From positions 456,727 to 520,726 of the forward strand of contig CP064960.1 in NCBI GenBank assembly GCA_016699105.1: a stretch of DNA of 64,000 nucleotides. The letters are read 5' to 3'. This document shows positions 52,351-64,000 of this stretch, piece by piece (within the stretch, counting starts at the first letter, position 1; each line of letters starts with the position of its first letter). Below the pieces are notes generated by a model. That model was not told the DNA's origin and did not search any database. It saw nothing but the letters and a program-made list of their open reading frames with translations. A program made the translations under genes and the position numbers. This DNA is from a bacterium (GTDB taxonomy: Bacteria; Patescibacteriota; Saccharimonadia; UBA4664).

Positions 52351-55300
52351 GTGCCGCAAAGTACGGGCATGACAGAGCAGTTGTCGAAGCCGACATCCGC
52401 TAGCCGTTTGACATCGACTCGGCCGGGAGTAACGCCTCCTGTACCGCCTACACCTCCCGCGCCGCCATTCCCGCCAACGCAGCTGAGATTGCTCAGCCTC
52501 AGCCAGTTCAATCAGTGCCCGCACCCGCACCGGTGGTTCAGGCTTCGCGGCAGCAACAGGAGCACCTCCCGACCCAAAGTATTGGGGCGGCACCGACCGA
52601 CCCGATGACGCTGGTTATGAAACGCATACCACCTACGGCAGTAGTAACTAACGAGCAACCATGGACGACTCGACAGCCTCAAGTGTACCCGGCCAGCGGC
52701 TGTGGCTGCTCTGGAAGCTGCTCAGCGCGGATACAATCCGGATCGGCAATAGCGATGCCTGCAGCTGACCCAGCCGTGGTTACGCAGCCAATGCGTCAAC
52801 CACAACCTTTGCCACAACAACTCCACAGCCTGCATATTCTTTGTCAGTCATCAGCATTGGCTAACGAACCAATACAGTCGGTAGCTACGGCAGTACCAGC
52901 TGCTTTACCAATTGCATCGATGCAGACGCGATCGGTGTGCCTTGGTGGCGGCGGCTGCCGGGGAGGTGCCGGTATGGCGCGCCCGGCTCCACCGATAGGT
53001 GCACCCCGGTCAATTTAGATCCTAGTTTTGACGGATGGCGCCGCCGCACTCGAGCCTCTGCCGCCTGAGCCACTTTTAGCTGAATCAGTGGCGGCGGTTC
53101 CGCCTCCAGTTGTCTCGGCAGATACATTATCAATTCGAGATATTGTCGGTAGTCCGGGAATGACGTGGCTATTTTGGAGCCAGGCGTAATGCCGCCAGGT
53201 GGGGTACCAGTTGTGAGCCAGTAGCGCCAGAACCGGTCGATCAGGTGGTGCAGTCAGATGTAATCTGAATATGGTTGGCAGTGGGAACCGTTCAGGTGAC
53301 CCATATGCCGAGATAGATGTATTAGGATCAGCTCCGTCGCCCGACCATGGCACCTTTGCCGAACCAGCGCCAAATGTCGCTATTTTGCCGCCACAGGAGG
53401 AATTACTGGAACCGGCAGTTCAGAGCCCCATGGTGTCAGTGCCAGAACAAGTATCGGCAGTACCTCAAGTGATTGAACCTGAGGAAATGGTACCAGTTGC
53501 GGTCAGTGTCCGGCACCGATGCCAGTGGAACCGATGCCAGCGGCTTCAGTGTCAATGGCGCCAATGTCTGTAGCACCAATGCCAACCCCTCAAGAAACTG
53601 ATACTGAATACATTCATTTCGTGGATCCAGCGGCCGAGCAAGTCTTGGCGCGTAATGAAATACCGGCACCTATTATTGAAGCCGCGCCTGAGACGATTAC
53701 CTGGCAAGCAGCTACAGTTATAACTGAGCCAGACTCGGTTGTGGCAGTACCCCCATCGATGCCGGAGCCAATGCCAGTTGCTCCGATTATTACTCAACCG
53801 GCACCATTACCAGAACCTGTTCCGATCGCAGCTATGGTACCAGCTCCGGCTCCAGTAATAACTGAGCCTATTCAAAACGTACCGGCACCAATGCCCATGG
53901 CACCGGCGCCGTTGCCGGTGGTGCCAACCCCGGTTGTCGCACCATTACCCACACCCGCTTCGGTACCTGTACCAACTCCAACTTCAGTACCTGTACCGAC
54001 GCCAATGCCAGTACCTGTACCAACGCCAGTTCCGGTAGCGCCAGTTACATCGATACCTGTGATACCGGCTCCAGCACCTGCTCCGGTGGCGCCGCCGATT
54101 GCCCAACCGTCTCCAGTATTGCCACCGGTGCCTGCTCCCGTCTTAAGTCCGCAACCAACACTTCCACCACCGCCATCCCCCGTGGTGACGGCACCAGCAC
54201 CTGTAGTACCGTCGACGCAACCAGAGCTAATTCAGCAAGTGCCAGTTCAGCCAGTACCACAGCCGGTCGTCCAACCCCCGGCGTTACCCCCAATACCAGC
54301 TGTTGTTCAAAATATTGCGGTGCCGAAAAACCTGGAATCGGTTGCCCAAATGTTGACAGAGTCAGCTACCGAGATGACTCAGACGCCCAAGCCAGCTCCA
54401 GTGACTCAAAAACTGCCAGAAAAACCCAAAGAGGTACCGAAAGCTGTTCCTGTGCCCGTATCTCAGCCAACGCCTGTACCGGTAGAGCTCCCACCAGAAA
54501 AACCGATGTTGCCGCCTGTGCCAATTCCATTCCACAAAGATCTGGAAGGTGATGTAGTGGCAGCCATGCCGGCATTGGCGCCGTCACAAGCTACCGTGGC
54601 TGACGAACGGACGGCGCAAAACCAGCTGGCCGATGCCCAGCATGAGATTGACGATTTATTGACCGAATCGCTCATCCGGCTCGAAGGTCGGCGGGAACGA
54701 CTTGAACCAACGGCAGTACCAGCGATCGTGGATGCACCGGTTGCCAAGAAAGTTCCGGCAAAAGCTGTTGTCACCTCGGCACCAGCGTCGGACCCGGTAG
54801 CTGAGCGCGAGCACAAATCATTGGTTATTGCTCCGGTGCATGCGGATTTGGATAAAATGGGTCCAAAAATCGATCCCCAAGTAGTCGCTCAAGTTATGCA
54901 GGGCGACCAACCAAAGTCTCAGTCCGCGCCGGTAGTTGAAAAAGTTCAGCAGGCAGTGGTTGAAACGCCTAATCATGCAGTAGTACCGCCACCGGTAGTC
55001 GAACCGAAATTACCGGACTTGCCGCCAGTACCTGTGATTACTAAACACGCCCGTGGTTTATTGCCGGCGCAGCCACCCGCGGTAAATGACGAACCAGAGT
55101 CGGAGTTGCCAACAAGTGAGTCGTTAGCTGCTGATGATGTGGCTAAGGCGCGAGCTGAACGCGAAGTTAAAGCCAAATTGCCCCAGGTATCGACGGATGT
55201 ACCAAAACCGGTCGAAAAGCCGCGCGAATATATCAAAGAACCTGAGCCAAAAGAACAACCCAAACCGCCGGAAAAAGTACAGCATCCAGTATTTCGGAGT

Positions 55301-55543
55301 CGGACTCAAGCGCGAAAGGTAGAACCTGCCAAAGGCGAAAAGGTGGCTTCGACTGATGAAGCTCAACACAATACGCCTTCGGAAACAGCACAGGATTTTG
55401 GCCCGTTGACGGGTAAAGTCATTATGCCAACAGGCGAAAAACCGATCACGGTGTCGCTATCTCAGCCAGCGTCTAAACCAGCTAAGCTGGCACCAGGTGA
55501 AGTGTTTGTCGATGAAAAAGGTAATGTTAGTGTCGGTGAATAG
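52351..55543 (+). CDS. Very large Pro/Val/Ala-rich low-complexity protein (~1000 aa), open across three frames (frameshifts near 52470-52520, 53020-53270, 53520-53570)
   Basis: Same-strand ORFs 52351.., 52515..53018, 53271..53573 and 53519..55543 all encode PxP/PVP-rich sequence (PVPTPTSVPVPTPMPVPVPTP...). The C-terminal 250 aa is Lys/Glu-rich, ending ...GEVFVDEKGNVSVGE. Antisense ORFs in this region are composition artefacts. Confidence 0.5.
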
Positions 55544-55583
55544 TCCGGCGGTTTATGGGTGTTGCTTCCAGATAGCGATATAA

Positions 55584-57668
<2,085 letters not shown>

Positions 57669-57677
57669 GGAACCAGC

Positions 57678-60236
57678 ATGGACGAAGAACAGACGAATCC
57701 AATTGATACGCCCGAAATTCCAGAAAATGTTATCGACGAAACGGTAGCACACAAGACCGATATTGGTACGGTACGGGTGCAAAAGCTCGAATCCGAAATG
57801 GAAAAGAGCTATTTAGCCTATGCCATGACGGTGATCATTGCCCGGGCTTTGCCAGATGTGCGTGACGGTTTGAAGCCAGTGCATCGGCGAATTTTGCACG
57901 TCATGAATTCGCAAGGTTTGCGTCATAACGCCAAGTTCCGCAAAAGTGCCACCGTTGTGGGTGACGTGATGGGCAACTATCATCCTCACGGCGACGGGGC
58001 TATTTATGATGCCATGGCGCGGTTGGCTCAAGATTTCTCGATGCGTTATATGCTGGTGGATGGTCAAGGAAATTTTGGTTCGATTGATGGCGACCCGCCA
58101 GCTGCCATGCGTTATACCGAAGCTCGTATGCAGGCCATTACAGAAGAGTTGCTCGGTGACATTGAGAAAGATACTGTCGATTTCCGGCCAAATTATGATG
58201 GTTCCAAGCGGGAGCCAGTGGTACTACCGGCCAAACTGCCTAATTTACTGCTGAATGGTCAGGTGGGTATTGCTGTCGGTATGGCTACCAATATTCCGCC
58301 ACATAACCTGACTGAACTTATTGATGCCATTGTGGAAATTATTGATAATCCAGAAGCGAACCTGGACGACTTGCTCAAGCACGTCAAAGGACCCGATTTT
58401 CCGACGGGCGGCATCATATTCGGTGCTGATTCGATTCGTCAGGCCTATGGTACAGGCAGAGGAAGTATTGTAGTCCGAGCTAAGACTGAGATCACGGAAG
58501 ACAAGAAGGGCAATTCGCACATCGTAATTACCGAAATACCGTTTGCCCTGAACCGATCGTCGCTAGTAGAAAAACTAGCTGAAGTTATCAAAGACAAGCG
58601 GGTAGTTGGAATTAGCGATTTGCGAGATGAGAGCTCGAGCCGCGAAGGTGGCACCAAGATTGTCTTGGACTTGCGCCGAGATTCCTACCCAAAGAAGATA
58701 CTCAACCAGCTATTTAAACTGACACCACTGCAATCGGCATTCCATGTGAATATGCTTGCCTTAGTGGACAATGGCCGTCAGCCACGGGTATTGAGCCTAG
58801 AAATGATGCTACGGGAGTATTTGAAGCATCGGCAAGTGGTTGTCCGACGCCGGACTGAGTTTGAATTGCGCAAAGCCAAAGACCGCGCCCATATCCTCGA
58901 AGGTTTGAAGATCGCACTTGATCATATCGATGAAGTCATCAAGACTATTCGCGCTTCCCAAACGAGTGATGAAGCAGCCAACAACTTGATGAAACAATTC
59001 GGATTGAGTGAGCTACAGGCAAAGGCAATTTTAGCCATGCAGCTGCGTCGATTGACGGGTCTTGAGCGCCAAACAATCGAAAACGAACTGGCTGAACTGC
59101 GTAAGCTGATTGCGGCTTTGGAAAAGATTTTGGCGAGCGAATCAGAAATCTTGCGAGTAATTAGAGAAGAATTAGAAGAGCTCAAAGCTAAATACGGCGA
59201 TAAACGCCGGACTCAGATAATCGCAGGCGAACTAGGTAAGTTTTCCGAAGAGGAGCTAGTACCCAATGAGCAAGTGATTGTAACACTCACCAACGGCGGC
59301 TACATCAAGCGTATTCCTTCGAATACGTACAAGAGCCAGGGTCGGGGTGGCAAGGGCGTAATGGGTATGACTACCAAAGAAGAAGATGTGGTTGATCATA
59401 TGGTGTTGACCCAAAATCACGACTATATGTTGTTCTTTACGAACCGGGGACGAGTATTCCGCCTCAAAGTCTATGAGATTCCGGCTGCGTCTCGGACCGC
59501 TAAAGGTCAATCAATTGTCAACGTCTTGCAATTAGCTCCCGGCGAGCGCGTAACGTCTCTCGTAGCATTTGACGCCAAAGCCGATCACCAGTATTTGTTT
59601 ATGACAACTGCTAATGGGACTGTTAAGAAGTCCGCCTTAGATGACTATGCCAATGTGCGAGCCAATGGCTTGATTGCCATCAAACTTGATGACGGCGATG
59701 AGCTCAAATGGGTGAAACTGACCAGCGGTAAAGACGAAGTGATCATCTCGACCGCACTGGCACAGGCAATCCGATTCAAAGAGAGTGAAGTGCGGCCCAT
59801 GGGCCGAGCTACCAGAGGTGTACGCGGTATCCGACTGCGCAAAGATGATACGGTTGTGGGCATGGATGTCGTGCGGGCTGGCATGGAAATGCTCGTCGTC
59901 ATGATGAATGGCTATGGCAAGCGTACCAAAGTCGATCAATTTGCAACGCATGCCCGAGGTGGCGTTGGTATTAAGGCCGGTGTAGTTACCACAAAAACGG
60001 GAAAAACGGTGGCGGTACGGGGTATCGAGCGGCCAGAGGATGAAGTGGTAATTGTGAGCATTCAAGGCCAAGTCATTAGAATGTCATTGTCGGATGTATC
60101 ATTGATCGGCCGAGCTACGCAAGGCGTGAGGATGATGAGAATGAACGAATCTGATAAAGTAGCTTCAGTAGCATTAGTCGGTGAACCGGCTGGTCTGGAA
60201 GGTGAGGCTACTGAGGCCACAACTGAACAGAAATAA
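57678..60236 (+). CDS. gyrA: DNA gyrase subunit A
   Basis: 852 aa; active-site region AMRYTEARM (catalytic Tyr), QRDR-like [20 protein letters not shown]-terminal beta-pinwheel repeats. Confidence 0.95.
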   Translation: MDEEQTNPIDTPEIPENVIDETVAHKTDIGTVRVQKLESEMEKSYLAYAMTVIIARALPDVRDGLKPVHRRILHVMNSQGLRHNAKFRKSATVVGDVMGNYHPHGDGAIYDAMARLAQDFSMRYMLVDGQGNFGSIDGDPPAAMRYTEARMQAITEELLGDIEKDTVDFRPNYDGSKREPVVLPAKLPNLLLNGQVGIAVGMATNIPPHNLTELIDAIVEIIDNPEANLDDLLKHVKGPDFPTGGIIFGADSIRQAYGTGRGSIVVRAKTEITEDKKGNSHIVITEIPFALNRSSLVEKLAEVIKDKRVVGISDLRDESSSREGGTKIVLDLRRDSYPKKILNQLFKLTPLQSAFHVNMLALVDNGRQPRVLSLEMMLREYLKHRQVVVRRRTEFELRKAKDRAHILEGLKIALDHIDEVIKTIRASQTSDEAANNLMKQFGLSELQAKAILAMQLRRLTGLERQTIENELAELRKLIAALEKILASESEILRVIREELEELKAKYGDKRRTQIIAGELGKFSEEELVPNEQVIVTLTNGGYIKRIPSNTYKSQGRGGKGVMGMTTKEEDVVDHMVLTQNHDYMLFFTNRGRVFRLKVYEIPAASRTAKGQSIVNVLQLAPGERVTSLVAFDAKADHQYLFMTTANGTVKKSALDDYANVRANGLIAIKLDDGDELKWVKLTSGKDEVIISTALAQAIRFKESEVRPMGRATRGVRGIRLRKDDTVVGMDVVRAGMEMLVVMMNGYGKRTKVDQFATHARGGVGIKAGVVTTKTGKTVAVRGIERPEDEVVIVSIQGQVIRMSLSDVSLIGRATQGVRMMRMNESDKVASVALVGEPAGLEGEATEATTEQK

Positions 60237-60245
60237 GGGGAGATT

Positions 60246-60695
60246 ATGGATTACAATCCGTTTGTGATCGTACCGCTGGCCACCTGGGCGGTAGCGCAAG
60301 TAACGAAGTTTACCTTGTCCGCGCTCAAAGGTGACGTGAATTTTCGAAAATTGTATGCATCAGGTGGGATGCCAAGTGTGCACGCAGCCGTGACTACGTC
60401 TTTGGCAGTAACCGCCTTGCTCATAGAGGGCCTCGAATAGTGCCGTGTTTGGCTTTGCAGCTGTGTTTGCGGCCATCGTGATGTATGACTCAGTTGGGGT
60501 GCGCCGGTCAGTCGGGGAGCATTCCCTGCTCTTAAACGCGATGGTAGATGGCACCGATAAAGGTAAGTGGATAAATCCAGCAGTTCATCGGGTGGCTGAA
60601 CGCCTCGGACATAATCCGGTAGAAGTGGTTGTGGGGCATTGTTAGGTCTCGTGATGGGGGAATTCTCAATTACGATCATCTTGAACCAGTAAATA
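60246..60695 (+). CDS. Divergent PAP2 family (DUF212) membrane protein; two frame interruptions (~60438, ~60640)
   Basis: SGGMPSVHAAVTTSLAV plus (other frame) FGFAAVFAAIVMYDSVGVRRSVGEHS plus (third frame) GALLGLVMGEF..., together matching the divergent-PAP2 pattern. Confidence 0.6.
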
Positions 60696-61130
60696 ATTGG
60701 CTCAAGGCGTTTCCGAACCGTCCTGAAATCTATACCTATTTTGGAATATTTGCAGTCATGGTTATTGCTGGCGCGATTTATCGCTTAGTGTTGGCCCGTC
60801 GCTATCGCAAATCGGTAGCCTGGCAGACGCTCGGCCGGCGCGTGTTGGCCTGGAGTCAGACGACTGGTTGGGTGGACTCGGCCTGACATTGTTAGTCTTG
60901 GAACGGGCAAGCTATTTTGCCTGGCGAATGTGGCCGGCATTGATGCTAGCTATTGAGCCTGGTGGTTTGCCTGGATATTGCGCGTGACTCGTCAAGAATT
61001 GCCGGGGCTTGGGCGCAGGAGCAGGAAATTGCCCGTAAACGTAAATGGCTCAATTGGGGTCGTAAGGGCAGCAAAAAGCGCTCGTAAAAGCGAGCAAAGC
61101 ATGGCGTATCGGTGACAGGTAAAATGCCGT

Positions 61131-61165
61131 TGACAGATGAGAATGAATAGACTACTATTCTATCT
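61131..61165 (+). promoter_or_regulatory. Candidate rRNA promoter (TTGACA-17-TACTAT) with an A/T-rich upstream tract
   Basis: Read directly from the sequence ~260 nt upstream of the 16S 5' end. Not verified. Confidence 0.4.
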
Positions 61166-61421
61166 AGACTTGAAATGAGTTAGTAGGTTAAAGGCTGCCT
61201 AGTACAGGCTGCTATTTATTTTGCCCTCGTTACAAAAGAGTCTAAAAATGTAGCTTGAAATCTTTTATCGTGCAGTGCAATGATGTTTGCTCTTGCAAAA
61301 GAGTAAACACATTACAAAGTCCTTCATAGCGATATGAAGGCAACCAAAATTTTTTTTGAGCGCCAAGCTCAAACAACCCAAAGCCCCATCCCCGATGGGC
61401 ATGTTTATCTTCGGATAAACA

Positions 61422-62888
<1,467 letters not shown>

Positions 62889-63051
62889 AGGGAGAAACGA
62901 CATCGCAAGATGTTCCGAAGCCTCGAGCTTCGGCCAGACTAACCTCTGCAATTTGATCTGCCGAATTTATTCGGACGTGATCTTGGATTGTTAGCTGCGG
63001 TATCCTAGGTCGATCGTTGCACTGCACGATAAAGATTTGAAGCAAAATATG

Positions 63052-63085
63052 CAAAAACCGCTCTGTAAAGAGTGGTTTTTGTTTT
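63052..63085 (+). terminator. Rho-independent terminator downstream of 16S
   Basis: AACCGCUCU-GUAA-AGAGUGGUU hairpin followed by UUUUGUUUU. Confidence 0.5.
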
Positions 63086-63153
63086 AGTTAAGTAGTCAAT
63101 GGTAGTAATATTACTCATTAGTCCTTATGCTGTGTTGAGAACTTAGGTTACTT

Positions 63154-63477
63154 ATGTCCCATCCAACACATCAAATGTTCGTGCACCATAAAATCATTTC
63201 CCGAAAGCGGTTGACTAGATCGGTCGATGGTTTGGCGTATGTAGTTGGTATCGGTGGTAATATTGCCGTCTTACCACAAATTTTGAAAGCCTGGCAAAGC
63301 AATGCGCCGGGTTTGGCGATTACAACGTGGATAGCGTTTAGTCTATTAGGATTAGTCTGGCTTGCCTATGCGATCCTGCATAATTCCAAGCCATTAATTG
63401 TGGCGCAAGTAGTTGGAATCTCCTGCAATTTACTGGTGGTTGGCGGTTGGCTGTATCAAAACTACTGGTTACTGTGA
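63154..63477 (+). CDS. SemiSWEET/PQ-loop-like 3-TM small transporter
   Basis: 107 aa, three TM helices, PQ motif (AVLPQILKAW) in the first helix. Confidence 0.45.
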   Translation: MSHPTHQMFVHHKIISRKRLTRSVDGLAYVVGIGGNIAVLPQILKAWQSNAPGLAITTWIAFSLLGLVWLAYAILHNSKPLIVAQVVGISCNLLVVGGWLYQNYWLL

Positions 63478-63543
63478 CAACGCTGATTGCGTTTATGCTT
63501 ACTAAACTTTAAACTGAGATTAAATGAGAACAAAGAGGTGAAA

Positions 63544-63915
63544 TTGAGTAAATTTGTACTGAGTGCTAAGCCGAAAAATAATAAAGAGCGACTGGTATTA
63601 GCGGCAGTGGCGTTGTCGGTGTTGGGTAATATTGCGACAATTGTTGCGGTGGTGGCTTTACAGGATCGTCGGGCTGACTATTATATTGCCGACTATTCGT
63701 TGGAGCGGATGTGCAACCGCAACATGAAAGCTAATATTTTAGACATTGCTAGTGAATCAAACCGCGCGTTTTACAGCGTGAGTAATTGTGCCGGTTGGAA
63801 TTACAAGACGGGTGAGCAAATGGGCGACGACATTAGGGCAATGATGAAAAAAGTTGAAGATTCACCGACTCCACCCGAGCAAGTTCGAGCACCTGGCTAT
63901 AAAAATAATCGATAA
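63544..63915 (+). CDS. Hypothetical membrane-anchored protein
   Basis: TTG start after an AAAGAGGTG RBS; one N-terminal TM helix; no motif. The longer ORF from 63487 lacks an RBS. Confidence 0.3.
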   Translation: MSKFVLSAKPKNNKERLVLAAVALSVLGNIATIVAVVALQDRRADYYIADYSLERMCNRNMKANILDIASESNRAFYSVSNCAGWNYKTGEQMGDDIRAMMKKVEDSPTPPEQVRAPGYKNNR

Positions 63916-64000
63916 GATTATAAACAACAAGATCGTAACAAAAGAACTCTAGGCACAGGTTAGCTCGATTACGTTATGCAATGATCTTGGACGAGAGCAA

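Noticed and set aside
52339-55369. Multiple minus-strand ORFs (e.g., 53015..53353, 54463..54816, 54973..55263) and apparent tandem repeats
   Set aside because: Antisense open frames are expected in GC-rich, Pro-codon-rich (CCN/GGN) low-complexity DNA. The repeats are imperfect codon-level repeats of a Pro-rich protein, not a CRISPR array or a direct-repeat mobile element.
60629-60886. 85-aa ORF after the PAP2-like gene
   Set aside because: The 5' part is an alternative frame of the divergent PAP2 gene. The remaining ~43-aa hydrophobic tail has no start/RBS support. Left uncalled.

Overview
This window is a gene-dense, mostly housekeeping region (~50% GC) that looks like a reduced-genome bacterium, possibly a CPR/Patescibacteria member such as Saccharibacteria. 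The lineage guess rests only on gene content, a MurT/GatD pair, an unlinked 16S gene and 16S motifs, and is not verified.

Recognisable content: aminoacyl-tRNA synthetases (thrS 3' part, argS, trpS, pheS, pheT), miaA, murT/gatD, an Nramp transporter, ribosomal proteins L28/L20/L35, infC, guaB, gyrB-gyrA, smpB, comM, rmuC, a UvrD-like helicase-nuclease, and envelope genes (LCP, GT4, GT39, WbaP-like, CHAP hydrolase, L,D-transpeptidase, PilB, bactofilin). Structured RNAs: RNase P RNA (~10747-11116), tmRNA (~20044-20403), tRNA-Pro(GGG) (9084-9159), and a complete 16S rRNA (~61422-62888) with its own promoter, RNase III-type processing stem and terminator, followed by protein genes rather than a 23S.

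Three things stand out.
- A second tRNA (38815-38890) has a tRNA-Pro-type body (C1:G72, A73, short variable loop, 5' 26 nt identical to the tRNA-Pro at 9084) but carries the leucine anticodon CAG.
- A VirB4/AAA_10-like ATPase is followed by a ~3 kb proline-rich low-complexity gene.
- At least 20 apparent single-base frameshifts, all in homopolymer runs, split essential genes (thrS, murT, pheT and others). This looks like uncorrected sequencing/assembly error rather than biology.

No CRISPR array, IS element or recognisable defense system was seen.
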